Positions 38,001-49,385 of a stretch of 64,000 bases of DNA are shown in pieces. Numbering within the stretch: the stretch's first letter is position 1; each line of letters begins with the position of its first letter. The notes below the pieces were generated by a model. It made no database searches, was not told the origin of the DNA, and saw nothing but the letters and a program-made list of their open reading frames with translations. The DNA lies in contig CM119382.1 of NCBI GenBank assembly GCA_051294905.1, positions 22,940,001 to 23,004,000 of the forward strand, given 5' to 3'. Both the position numbers and the translations under genes were made by a program. The stretch is from Botryllus schlosseri (Eukaryota).

Positions 38001-41000
38001 ATTCTATGATTTTATTCGAATCCGAGTTTTTCTACTACAATAACGTCGCTTCAAGTGGTTGGAATTGAGCCAAATTTGGTTAGCATCATCTCTACTGACA
38101 TATTACGAATTTTATGAATTTGACTGAAAAGTTTTGAAATTATTCATTTTTTTAATGATAAATTAATAACTTTCTACTACAAGATTCTCGCTTCAACCGG
38201 TTGGAATTGAGCCCAATTTGGTGTGCAGCGTTGTTTTAACCAACCTAACAATTTTTATCATAGGCAATGAAATCTGAAAAACTTTTCTTCTAGTGGTTGG
38301 CATTGAGTCAAAGTTGTTGTGCAGCTTTGTTTTAACCAAACTAAGAATTTTATCACATAGGCAGCGAGACTACCATGCGCATGTACAACACGCATGGTAG
38401 TTCTTTAAGACTTTAATCCACGACTATGAAATTTTGTGTCTGTATCATCGGCCTAGGGGACGTTGTGTAAAAAAAAGTTTGTCGAAAATATGTCTAGTTA
38501 AACTCGCATATAGATAAAATACTCCACTCCAATTTAGCTTGCTATTCAAAAGCCCCTACACGACTCCATCCCTGATCGAATTTGTTATGATGTCCATTAT
38601 GAGGGCACATAGTTTTGGGGCAGAATGGGTTACTAAAGAAATACTTTGTCAAAATCCGAAAGTAGGTCTTGCCTGATTTCACTAATTCCACCAGTGTTTT
38701 TCATTTTGGACAGTACTTCTACATCACAGATTTCATTATTTTTGGCACAATTTTTCCTGGAATACTTACTTTTTACGTACTTGCAAATGACCACTTCTAC
38801 TTGTACTTGAGTGTGAATATGCGTCGATACGTCTACTACCAACGATGCCTACTTTCGCCATCTCTACTCGCAGAATATTGAATGAAACGTTGATTTTACC
38901 CTACTGTGGCCGCATACCGGAATTTATTTGAAGTCAGAACTGTGATGCAATACATTGAATATTTTAGAAACCACAAACTTGGGCAATCGGACGCTATTCC
39001 TCCACCAAACGTGAATCGTAAGCAGGGTGATTGCTATCCATCCAAAAATGAAACCACAGAAAATCATGAGCATCCCAGGCATATCGAAGCCATCGTATCC
39101 TGAAGTCCAGCCGATGTATTTGTAAACTGGATTCATGGAGCTCGGGTGTTCTGAAGAAAAGTCGCCTTTTCAATAACACTTCAGGGTCAGCGCACATTGA
39201 GACCAGCTCCGGAATTTTAAAGCTCGGAAATCTTCAATTTTTTTTAAATGAGATTAGAATGAGAATTATAGCTAAACATTGATTTTTTTTTTCAAAAAGA
39301 TTAGAATTAGACTCACCGAATTCACAAAAACTTGTAAATTGAATTCATATTCCAAATTATCAAGAAATACATCAAATATCAGGATAATTTCATATCAAAT
39401 CAGTGGTACCAACGAATTCAGCACTTGATGTCCCATAATTCCTTACCATAACCAACCCCTACGTTAACGCTGAACTCTAACCCCAACCTAAGCTCTAACC
39501 GGCATACATAAATACATAGGCTACATTTATACATACATACATAGTATGTGAGGAGTGTCGAATATGCAAAGTTTCGAATATAAACAATCTAAAAATATAT
39601 CGAAACATTTTCGAATTTATTAATACCACAATATATCGCTCTCATGTGATATCACCAATATCAGATAGGCCTATTAATTTTCTATGTCATATGTACCAAC
39701 TACCGAATTCACTGGTAACTGTATGAATGGCAAGTGTCCGTACACCAAATTGATTCGTTTCGCGCTTTAGAGTTCTCTTGCAACATTTTCTGGAAATCAT
39801 GAACAAATTTGATCAGAATTAAATTACCGTCATTTTGATCCAATTATTATAATTAGACCATTTGAATTAACTATGACTTGTCCACGTCTGACTCACGCCA
39901 TTGAGACCAGTCCGGGAAGAAAAATGCCACCAGTAAATGCAATCCGTTCTGGCGGCTTCCCTCGGGCAGAATGTAGATAGAGTTCACGAGGGTGAGGGAG
40001 AACACGAATGGGGTGGCGAGCAGGAAAGGTATGTTCGAAGACTGTGACTGGATCACGCGCGCCGTTTTCCCGAAATAGAAAACTCCAAACCCGCAGAGAC
40101 AGTGAGTTATTCCACCGACCCACAAATCGTTCACGAACCTGAATGCGGTAATTGTAAGAAAATGTGCATCTATTTCTTCAAAGTGCTTAAGTTATTTTCG
40201 GGGTACTTTCTCTATTGTGCTGAGAGGTTATGATTTATAGCAGTGCTTTTCAGCCTGTTTCAGCACCATCCGCACTTTTTCAACAAAAATAACTAATCGA
40301 ACAAGCAAATTATTTTTCGACAAAATAAGTTGTTGGATTGTGTATAAGAGCCTCGAGTGCTTGGATGGCCAGGTTTATATATAGGCTATATATATATAAA
40401 CTTCAATATTGCAGCAAACAATACGTTCATATTGTTAAATTTATTCCAGTGGAAGCTTTTCGACTGGCTCTTTTCAGCAGTGAGAGAAGGTGCCCAGTTT
40501 ATTTGCATCTCCCGTGGATAGGCACATCTTGGAACAGGTTTGAAAAACAAGTAACATAATTTACCAATATACGTGCCGATGTGACAGTCGGTATGTGGGT
40601 CGCACATCTCAACGCTTGCAACAAAGAATTCGTCAACACGTCCCACGTCAAATTAGGAATTCGCAGGGTGATGACATGTCTGCTTCATCATCACAGTCCC
40701 TAGTTACCATGCGTGATTATGACCAAATAACAGCATGTAATTCTGCCCTCGGACAGCACCTATTGAAACACCCAGAGTGTGCAAAACATTACAATATCAA
40801 TCAGTTTTCCATAGTTGCTCGTGGTCGTTCTCTTTTTCATTTAAAGGTCCTTGAATCAACCATTAAAAAGCTGCAAAAGCCGATCGTCTGCCGCCAGAAG
40901 GAACATCTCTACACGCTGGGAATCTTCCATCAGTGTTGTTTTATCATTCAACTATTGTACGGCTGATTTTGTGTGTGCTGTACCGTAACCGTGCGCTGTT

Positions 41001-44000
41001 TACTGCCGTTCGCGACTTGTGTACTTGTCATTATTACGTCACAACGACAAAATTCTTTCTATATATCGAACTTTGTTAACCTCATATACTAGCGTTCACT
41101 GCTGAAGAGAGCCAGTCGAAAAGCTTCCAGTGGAATAAATTTAACAATATGAACGTATTGTTTGCTGCAATATTGAAGTTCTGTACTTCGAAAAGCCTAT
41201 ATATAAAAACATCCAGCAATCTAATCCAAGATACATCGTATTTTCGGAAGTGACGAATGCTTGCTGGCAAAAATCGTTTTTTAAGAGTAATGATACTACG
41301 GTTGTCGAACCTCCCTACATCTTGAAACTAATCTTGAGTACTTTCACGCATTTCATATGACCACTTGAAGTACTTTTGACACCCGTCAGTATTTCCCACT
41401 TTACTGGTATTAGAGCAGTGGTTCTTATTCCGGCGGGGGCGGGGGGATAGGGGCCCGAAACCTCTAAAGTTATAAAATGATTATTAACCTAATTTGTATT
41501 TTTTTAATTAGGCAAGGCATATGGGACAATTTCGCTTCGTAAGTGCGAAAACTTTGGGACTCACGTCATTGAAATGGTTGTCTCAGATGAAGTATCCGAC
41601 TGTGCAAACTGATTTTAATGGTCAAATTGCCAATACCCTGTCAATGCAAACATATCCCTGTTTTTGTGGTTTGTGTAAAAAATGAGAAATTGGATGGATA
41701 GGAAGGTCCAACAAAGTCAACAATGTTTGCAAAACATTTTGGATATTGAGTTGTCAGTCTCACCAAATTAGTAAACAATCGGTTGAAATATAAATTCCTG
41801 AATTTTTTTCCTAATCTGTCCGAATGAAGGAATTGAAAACTCGCCACGAAATCCGTTTTCTCCTGTGGTATAACCAATAAATAACTTCGAAATGAGATGC
41901 TAGATAGAATTGACTAGACTGGACGACGTGATACGCTCATCAAAAACTTACACCAAAAGCTACCGTTGGAAGCGTTACTCGTTAATATTACATTCCCACC
42001 ACCTATCTTTGTGACATGGATTTGTACAAGTTTTCAAGAAAGAGTACATGGAACTATAAACGGATTATATATCAGAAAGGAGATCTCAATTCGGAATACC
42101 GGTTTTCATTTCAAATCTAAGATGCGTATTTCCAAGACAATATATACAGCCTCAAAATTCGCATGGGAATAATAAAAGTCTACCCAATTTCTACATACAA
42201 AGTGGTGTAATTTACAAGAAAAGTCATTTCGTTGCCGTTTATCACTAGCCTATATTGACCGATGACCGTTGCACGATAATTGAGATAGTTTTGAACGAAA
42301 ACTTGACCGTCCATAAGGTGACCGCGAAGACAAAAAGTTTCGGAGCCACTGTACTAGATCATGGATTTTCCGCGTCACTTCTACTTCAACCTGGATATCG
42401 ACGTTGGCCACTTTTACCTCCTCGAGTTAAGATAGCAGAAACTCACCCCTGACAAGTAGCCCCCGGATTGTACTCAGTGAAAGTTTTCCCTGTTTCCGTG
42501 ACTACATTGGTATTCCCCTGAAATCCGAAAAATATCGTCACAGATGCGGAACCTGAAAAACCCGAATCCGTTCAGACCCGTGTCGATTTTTTTTTCTGCG
42601 AAACCAGGACTCACAAATTACCGACAGTCTCAGCAAACCGTTCAAAAATCCCGTCTTATATCTGACACAGTCCAAATCATTTCTTACGGCGCAGAGAGAC
42701 CGCAAGACTACACTTTCTACGTTGAAGTAGCCCACGAAATTTTCCCAATGCCTGACAGATATCAGCAGTAAACCTTAAAAAGTATAGACAGAATCCATGT
42801 CTATATTTTATTAGTTGACCACGCAGGATTTCGTTCATTGCGTTTGTTTCGAGCACTCTTCTTCCAGCTCGCATATTATGAAGCACATCGAAACTAAAAC
42901 TTGAGGAGCATGTAAATAAGGGAACTGAAAAGACTTGGGCAGCTTTCCAGTTGTCCAATTATATACTAATCATGCTAATTATAGCGAAATGCCGGTAATG
43001 TAGGCTAATTCTAATCAAATTTGTTAATTTGTTGCGATGCTCTAGTTTTAATTAGAATCTAATTTACCCCTGATGAAAGTGCTACAGGAGAACAGTAGCG
43101 TGCGAGACGATCCAAGCCTGCTGTAGCTGCCATTCTCACCGTTATGAGCATGAACTCTGATTTGTTACGAACTGGGTTTGGTTCGATCTCCGAGTTTTCG
43201 GAAATTAGGGAATTAAAATTATAATCCAATTTGAAAAATAAAACTCTTTAGCTATATTGCTAATTCTAATTTAATTTGGAAAAGTGCTAAAAATTTTCTA
43301 GTTGTCCAGATCATATAGCAGTGGTTCTTACGATTTTCAGCCCGCGACCCAAATCTGACTCTTGACGGCATCTCGCGACCAAGCCTCACACATGAAAAAT
43401 AATACATTGTTTATGTCAGTATGTCACGTTTCCTATATGCGTGTATGACACATCGACAGCGCTACTCTGTGAAACATATTTGACACACGTGGTTTCAAAT
43501 TGGTGTGCATTATTTTCTGTTCGGTTAACAATTGTAATTCATTGCTACCGCTGTCTTCTCTACTCAAATTGCAAGAACGTGACTATTCAATTGCCGACCA
43601 TTTCGACGAGCTGACATATCAATTCCGATGGTTTTGAAAATCAGCGGCGGCCACGGAGAATTTTGACCAAGGTTTTATCGTCCCCGATTATTCTGGCACC
43701 ACAGTTTGCCCAGCCGCATGTTGACCAAAACATCATATCTTCATGTTACCCTGCGCAGGTAGGGTTGCACTTGAAATAACTGAGCAGGCCTATATCATAG
43801 TCCCGCACACGGTCTTTGCACACCCCTACGATAAAACATCCCCACGGTACCCGACGGTGTTTTCCAGAGAAAGCAATGTCGGGCAAATCCTATCATCAAT
43901 TCAAGCCGATTTGTGAAATACAAAAATACACATTTTCGTGATGAAACCGTATTGCAGTAATAACTTTCTGAGTTTCTCGCTTATTGGCCATAGTACCCAA

Positions 44001-47000
44001 TACAGTGACCTTGAATGTTTACAAACTAACCACAGAAAATCTGGTAGAAGAAATAATTTTGTTGCAAGAAATTTGTTATATATTACATTCATATTGAAAG
44101 ATATGTCTGGTGCCGTCGTCACCCAAAACTATACCCTTCATGATTCTGTGGTTGCGATTCGTACTTTAAGAACCCCTGGCATACGGGGACTGGAAGATTG
44201 AAAATTTGAAAAAAGTTAAACAACATAGATTTTTCTGGTTGAAAATATGAACATGGTACCACTTCTCGCACCCCATGCCGTTTTCTCACCCCAATAATAT
44301 GTAAAAAGTAATATATTATTCAAGTACTTATTTTTATCTCATCCCAGCAGAGGGAGAATAGGATGCAATGTGAAATTGTTTCGTTGGTTGTATATTGTAC
44401 TAGTATTGTTATATAATATTAGCATAGGGAGTTGACTTTTGTTGACAAGCGGCGACTGCGACCTTAAATTGGTGTGAACTTTAGTTAGTCATTAAATAGC
44501 TTTCATATCTGTAAACCAGTGAACAATATTGACAGCGTGTCAATGGTAGGCCTTTATAGGTAGGAAGTGTGATTACAAGCAAGGTAGGATTCCGACGGAG
44601 ATGCCAAACTTCCTGACTAGACAAACTTTATGTGGCCTATTATCCAATCAAAATGTAGCGTATGGTCGTTTGACTATGTCAAGTCTAAACTTACGTTACA
44701 TTGATAATGAGGTAGGCTATTTCCCCAGAAAACAACGGTTTGGCTTTGGGGGTGACATGATGGAATCTTTTGTTTGGTTTGACCGTCTTGTTTTAGAATC
44801 TTGCCGTCGATATCATGCTGTGATTTCTGATCTTGGGATATTTGAGACAAACAGTTTAAACAAGAGGTTCCAAGTCACTCACTCGACATTGCTGATACGG
44901 ACAACCGCAGGGCAGAAGGAGGATGTACTCGGCCTGCCGTCGACGTGTCGTGCGTGGCGAGAATTTGCAGAAACAGAGTAGCAGCGGCCACAACGTGGAG
45001 AACCTTTTGTTAAGCAAATTCAAAGTCATCAGTTTTTGACACACTCCATTGTACGTTCTAGATGTCGGAACTAATTATCGACGACAATCCATTGCGGATT
45101 GTGTTTTAAAATTGGAATGACTTTCGCGAATGTCAGAAATATATTTTACGAAAGTTCGATGAGTGTGATGCGAAATATTTGACATATGTTCGACGAATAT
45201 TATACGAAAGTTCCACAACTGATCGACTATCGTTATGTGAAGGTTCTATAATGCTTCACTAACGTGCGTAGCTTTGCACTACATGTTTCGTAGATTTGAT
45301 ATGACCAATAGAGATTCATAGTCTTCTGCAGTGAAAAACAGTATCGAACCATAATTCTCATTGACAAATTACCTCGTAACGGTAAAGAACGTATATGATT
45401 TCAGTACTCAAAAATCTCATATCTCACTACTCGACTCGAATCATTAAAATTTATAGTAAATTCAGACTCGAGTACTTGAATTACTGTGCCCAGCCCTACA
45501 TTTACGGCCAGAGCTGTAATGAGTCGAGAAGTTCTTTATTACTTAAGTCAAGTCTCATATGTCAGGAATGATGACTTGCTAAAAGTATGTTAATAAGTAT
45601 AGTATTCCGTTCAATATCACCCAAATAGATTTAGAGACAGGAGAGGAACGTGATTTCGAATCGAGCTCATAATTTAATTGGTGGTGAATTGAATGGGATT
45701 GGACTTGAGTGGAGTCAAAATATTAAAATTAAAATGTGCTTGCGATTCGGAACCTTGTGACTTGTTTGCAACCGACGACCGCAGAACTCACCAAAGCAGC
45801 GATGCTGGATAGAAATGTGAACTTCCGCTTGCAAAACCCCGAAGCTTCTTTCGCCCTTCCTTTCTTGAACTTGAACGGGATGTCGACTATCCCCGAAAGG
45901 ATTCCCGTCAACGAGAAGAGAAGCAGAGAGATTGAGGCGTCCAAGTACGGGAGGACAGAAAACGCGAGAATGGCCGAACCCAGAGCGTGGAAAAGTTCTG
46001 GAATCAAACCCTGCGAACAATCAACGAGTTTGTCTGTTTGCTAATGGGTCAGAATTCTGGAAATTTGCCTGCGTTCACTACTAACACTGGCGGTTATGAT
46101 GTTAGGCTACTAAAGGTACTTGAAATTGTCATTTCACTACCACTGTAGATCTAACTATGGGCGAAACCAGACCCAGACTTCGCGACAGAAACGAAGTACT
46201 CTTTAGAAAATCGTCACGTTAACTTCTATTTCATTAAAATTTACTTCTACTTCCATTGAAGCTCCAACTGTGACCACACTGACCACCTCTGTATTGCAGA
46301 TATCATCGGATTTAAAATTTATAATTCTGTACAAGGAATAAAAAGCATAATGTGTGCCAAAGAACATGAAGTAACTTTGTTAGGACGAAAAACATTGTTG
46401 ACATTCGCCACAGGACATCAGACTAACCGAAAATCGGTAAATCCATTCCTAATCCCAATCCATTTGAAAAAAAAGTCCGAAATCCGAAGCCAATCCTGAT
46501 CCGACTAAATTTCACAAATCCGGTTTTCCCAAATCCTAATCCTAATCCTCGTTGTATAGGTAACTTTGCTCACCCAAGCGAAAGACTTCCATTTACTCTT
46601 AGTCATTTTCGTTTGATCTCTCTTCGCGTTGTACAGGCAAGACAGCACCGAGAGTGCTTCTGGGAAAGTGAGACACGTCATCAGTATCAGCATTGCGTGC
46701 AATCGCACGTATCGCCCGTCAAAATCGATGCAGCGCGTGTCGCGTGTCGAGTATTCGCGACTGTACGCGTTGGTGGTCACCAACAGGGTCGCCTGGAACG
46801 CATGAGTTGAACAACATAGAAATTTCCAAATTACAACTATACCCACACAGCTTTTGGAATCAATTATGATTAGAACTATAACTACACTTGTTATTTATAA
46901 ATTAAATTACGTTTCGAATTACAGCTAAACAGTTTTACTTCCAATTATAATATTTTTGGAATTATAGCAACGCAGTTTTCTTCTAAATTTTATTAGGATT

Positions 47001-48147
47001 GGAATTATATCTGCACATTTTTATCTACAGATTATATCACATATAGAACTATAGCAATACACTTTTTTTTCGAAATTAGATTAAAATCGGAATGATAATA
47101 AACATTTTTTCCAAGTAATATTTCGCTTAGAATTATAGCTACACAGTTTTTTAATTAGATTAGAATCAATATTATAGATGCACATGTTTCTACAAATAAA
47201 ATTCGATTCGAATTAATGACTTTTAAAATTGAATTTGATTTCGCATTGGAAAACAAATACAAAAAAAATCAAATTCAGTTCATATCAAATCACAGTTTTT
47301 CTACACAAAATTCCATGCAAGAAAATGTCACAGAACCTCTCAAATAGTCCAATTATCTATAGCTGTCCAAGTGTGCCCCAATCTCGGAACGTTTATCACA
47401 CGACAAAGCTCACCATAGACACAACAGCTCCCAGAAACACGCCGGTCGCCAACAGGATGACCATAAAAAACTTTGCGATAACCGCAGCTCGAGCAACCCA
47501 ATTTCCGTGGTTCGTCACATCATCATCCGGGTCGTCTCGAAACTTGTTCCAAATCTTTTCCGTGCTGATGAACAGCAAATGAGATTTGTCGCATTTAGAA
47601 TTTCAATTTTAGTCAGACTTGATCAAAGCAGTTAGCGTTGCTACTCAAGTAAAAATAACGCATTGAATATTATCTCAGATATATATCGTCGCGGAATCGG
47701 GTTGTTCAGAAATAACTATTTTTCCATATCCCGGGATTCACTTTTGAAATTATTGGGTTGCCTAAAAAGACGCTAAAAACCAACTTTGGCTCATTTTCAA
47801 CTGGTAGATGTGAATACACAGGAGTTTGAAAATTTTGATTTTTTTTTTAATTCAAAAATTTACTGTCCACCCCATGAAAATGTTAAATTGATTCAGTTCG
47901 GTATCGAAACCATGTCCGAAGTACAAACGAATACGAATCGAATTCAAGTCTAGGGTGGCATTCAAACTCAATTCCAAATCCAAGACCAGATCCAGATATA
48001 GATTAATAGTAGGCCAATAGAAATGATACTTTTGTTTTGTATAAAATTCGTCGATGGCGGCTTGACATTCGTTGTGACTTTTCTCAGATTCTTCTCGCTC
48101 TTTCTCAGACAGACGATCTCTCATCGCATCCGTGGGATCTGCGTTTT
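17012..48147 (-). CDS. CHS: Chitin synthase (GT2, metazoan type), multi-exon, ~1400 aa; N-terminus probably continues into the OTU exons
   Basis: Exons 5' to 3': 48147-48030, 47564-47414, 46792-46574, 46010-45792, 45003-44883, 42773-42615, 42552-42447, 40138-39897, 39150-38979, 37393-37289, 37228-37121, 36549-36492, 36431-36337, 35799-35617, 35142-34931, 30246-30040, 29853-29733, 29060-28955, 27482-27230, 25645-25377, 24515-24317, 22901-22811, ~22746-22665 (uncertain), 21923-21898 (uncertain), 21828-21739, 21197-21122, 18817-18653, 18388-18251, 17317-17235, 17123-17012 (tentative). All have GT-AG sites with matching phases. Motifs: HWENF, CATMWHET, HIIFDDA, TPYGGR, HLKDK, KRWSQ, LALDGDVDF, GAACGRIHP, QKFEYA, CSPGCFSL, QGEDRW, QRRRW, SWGTRE. 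Confidence 0.95.
18415..18600. repeat. TAGTTC-based minisatellite, copy 1 (CHS intron)
   Basis: Units of the form (TAGTTC)n-TAGTTGCGGATTTTGAAAAGTGAG. Confidence 0.7.
19827..21070. mobile_element. hAT Charlie/Buster-type non-autonomous element
   Basis: TIR CAGTGGTTCCCAAC...GTTGGGAACCACTG. Perfect TSD CTTTAACC. TCGCCCCC subterminal motifs. Confidence 0.9.
23222..24235. repeat. ~1-kb TAGTTC-based minisatellite (CHS intron)
   Basis: More than 20 imperfect ~30-45-bp units of (TAGTTC)n + GCGGATTTTGAAAAGTGAG. Confidence 0.85.
25377..25645 (-). CDS. CHS: Chitin synthase exon (SWGTRE and charged coiled-coil)
   Basis: ...YSLCNMNNVSWGTREVKTEEDLRREKEEEERRKEEKEKKK. Confidence 0.95.
27000..27130. repeat. 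TAGTTC-based minisatellite, copy 3 (CHS intron)
   Basis: Same unit and same strand as the arrays at 18415 and 23222. Confidence 0.65.
27230..27482 (-). CDS. CHS: Chitin synthase transmembrane exon (SLLGPAT)
   Basis: GGLMMSSLLGPATVVLVIQGAF... GTGAGT donor. Confidence 0.93.
27836..28225. mobile_element. hAT Charlie/Buster-type MITE (390 bp), same family as 19827-21070 in reverse orientation
   Basis: TIR CAGTGGTTCCCAAC. Perfect TSD CTCTAGCA. Many GGGGGCGA subterminal motifs. Confidence 0.92.
28955..29060 (-). CDS. CHS: Chitin synthase exon completing QRRRW
   Basis: RWVPSTMANIFEILENASLARKHNKYISLGYIAYQ. GTGAGC donor. Confidence 0.93.
29733..29853 (-). CDS. CHS: Chitin synthase catalytic exon (GEDRW...NQRR), absent from the ORF track
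   Basis: GEDRWLCTLLLKKGYKIEYCALSDSFTFCPEEFKEFYNQRR, joined in phase 2 to RWVPSTMAN at 29060. Confidence 0.95.
30040..30246 (-). CDS. CHS: Chitin synthase exon (QKFEY / CSPGCFSL / QWDQG)
   Basis: GSGPVAWFQKFEYAVGHWLQKTAEHVLGCVLCSPGCFSLF...HIQWDQG. Confidence 0.95.
30264..31623. mobile_element. Tc1/mariner-superfamily (pogo-like) non-autonomous element
   Basis: 17-bp TIR GGGGAGACCGGGGACAA at both ends. TA on the right and CA on the left (a mutated TA TSD). CAATTGTAAC subterminal repeats. Confidence 0.7.
31885..33561 (+). mobile_element. 5'-truncated CR1/L2-clade LINE 3' end, interrupted by a Charlie element
   Basis: ORF2 C-terminus FDDFFMPAKNVHSHYTR...KRSIDYSGPIIWNALPPHIRE...FKKALRDHLL, stop at 32118. 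The putative 3' UTR resumes after 33392 and ends in AATAAA plus a (CT)n tail. Confidence 0.7.
32236..33384 (+). mobile_element. Internally deleted hAT Charlie (GTF2IRD2/ZBED8-type) transposon with a transposase remnant
   Basis: TIR CAGGGGTTCTCA...TGAGAACCCCTG. Perfect TSD GTTTAGAG. Peptides LQLSDSTVTKRITAIS and YFSLALDESTDYTHIA*LIIQVRF at 32670-32835 include the first catalytic Asp region with an in-frame stop. Confidence 0.9.
34283..34545 (-). mobile_element. tRNA-derived SINE (family A) with a 14-bp TSD
   Basis: A box TAGCGCAGTGG and B-box-like GGTTTGAGTCC. Flanked by TGCATTACTGGAGG at 34269-34282 and 34546-34559. Homologous to 12226-12497. Confidence 0.85.
34931..35142 (-). CDS. CHS: Chitin synthase exon (KRWSQ / LALDGDVDF / GAACGRIHP)
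   Basis: Translation RHRKRWSQCMYMYYILG...YILALDGDVDFQPE...GAACGRIHPVG. TAG acceptor and GTGAGT donor. Confidence 0.95.
37730..38285. repeat. Foldback element, ~550-bp near-perfect palindrome (CHS intron)
   Basis: Arms ~37735-37990 and ~38020-38285 are reverse complements, sharing for example GGTTGGTTAAAACAACGCTGCACACCAAATTGGGCTCAATTCCAACCGGTTGAAGCGA. Related fragments lie at 35170-35470 and 58630-58830. Confidence 0.85.
40447..40482 (-). ncRNA. Degenerate hammerhead ribozyme copy in the inverted pseudo-LTR
   Basis: Reverse complement CACTG-CTGAAAA-GAGCCAGTC-GAA-AAGCTT-C-CACTG carries a G8A core change and a stem I mismatch. Confidence 0.65.
40490..40925 (+). pseudogene. PLE GIY-YIG endonuclease fragment
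   Basis: PVYLHLPWIG...; frameshifted NIIYQYTCRCDSRYVGRTSQRLQQRIRQH...SALGQHLLKHPECAKHY...LKVLES...CRQKEHLYTL. Confidence 0.85.
41097..41132 (+). ncRNA. Minimal type I hammerhead ribozyme
   Basis: CACTG-CTGAAGA-GA(GCCAG)TC-GAA-AAGCTT-C-CAGTG: stem I CACTG/CAGTG, full CUGANGA and GAAA core, short stem II, palindromic stem III AAGCTT, UUC cleavage triplet (predicted cut after 41127). Confidence 0.85.
41416..42351. mobile_element. Older hAT Charlie-type element (family of 1-230)
   Basis: CAGTGGTTCTT start and GGAGCCACTG end. Flanks TATTAGAG and TACTAGAT (6 of 8). Homologous to 1-230. Confidence 0.6.
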
Positions 48148-49087
48148 CTGGGGAGATAAATCGTCATTGTATTTACTGTATGTAGATAAATATTTGTATG
48201 TTATTGTATTGAGCTTATGAAGTTGAGTAATCTTGAGCCTAATACTTGAATAAGGCATGAGTTTTGCGTGTGGTGTAATTATCGCACCGCTGATACTGCT
48301 ACAGGGTTGTGATGATTACAGTCAATATCAAAGTCTGCTGCTCAATTAAAATCTCAATAATATACCGAAATTTGAACAAATTATGCAAGTGACTTTGTCT
48401 TTCTTGTTGCATTTACGGTGGTGGGATGCATTTACGTTGGATAAGCGTGTGGGCAAGTCAATATTAATTTCAATTCTTTTGGACGCGTTCAATAAATCAC
48501 AAACCACAGTCTTGCTACGGGATAACCAGTATTTGGATTTTGGAAGTGGAACCTTAGTCTATTCTGGTTAAGTAAATATGCAAGTGGCTATTTCAAAGTA
48601 AGTATGCATTCTGGACGAGGGAAACTGCCAATAAGTAGAAGTATAAGTAGTATGATATCATAACCACGTGAATAAATACCACTGCGTACCAAAATCGGAT
48701 GGAATTTTAATTAAAATTTATATTACATTGTTTTGTTGTTGTTGTTTTTTTTTTTTTTTTTGGGGGGGGCGAAAATTTCAAAAATGTCATTATTCGGACT
48801 CGACTTGAGTCACTTTGTGTGATTACCCGACCAGGCCATGACTGAGGAATAGTATATGACTTGACTAAAAACTCGTCTATCGATGCTTCGTAAATAGGCC
48901 CAGAAAATGTCTTATATCCGTTTGAGTGGGGAAGGGACTTAGGAAAATGAGTGTGTTACACTCCGTAACAGATAAGCCTATATTTTGGTTTATAGGGGCA
49001 CTGCACTCTAAAAATGATGTGGTCTCAAATTGAAGGGCAAAACGAAAGAAAAATTTTGGCCGCAGCCGTTTTCTTCAGAACGCCAAC

Positions 49088-49385
49088 GTAATGGAGCTGT
49101 AATGTATTGAAATTTCCACAGATGCATCGCGCTCCAGCAGTCACGAAGAGATCGAACTTTACTTTGTCAGTTGATGTTATGAAGGAAATAGAATACACTA
49201 GGCCCGATTTTGACATAAATCTCCTGACTGGACATCTTCGGTTGAACGCGGTATCTAAACCAGCTTGGCGTGTACGACATATTTCCTTCATAACATCGGC
49301 TGACAACTATATAAAGTTCGATCTCTGCGTGACTGCTGGAGCGTGATGCATCTGTGGAAATTTTAATACATTACAGCTCCATTAC
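49088..49385. repeat. ~300-bp foldback (arms ~105 bp)
   Basis: 49088-49195 is the reverse complement of 49280-49385 with few mismatches. Confidence 0.85.

Larger units (their letters stand above)
40360..41230 (+). mobile_element. Penelope-like element (PLE), 5'-truncated, with an inverted pseudo-LTR copy at its 5' end
   Basis: GIY-YIG C-terminus on the plus strand. 40360-40483 is the reverse complement of 41096-41230. A hammerhead ribozyme lies in the pseudo-LTR. Confidence 0.85.

Noticed and set aside
44883-45003. Suspected frameshift in a chitin synthase exon
   Set aside because: Resolved. The next exon uses the acceptor at 42774 (TTTTTAAG), giving phase 1 to phase 1 and reading SLLLISVRHWENF.
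48410-48545. Open minus-strand frame that might be an extra exon between the OTU and CHS exons
   Set aside because: Its acceptor gives phase 0, incompatible with the phase-1 donor at 53273 unless another unseen exon exists. No motif support.
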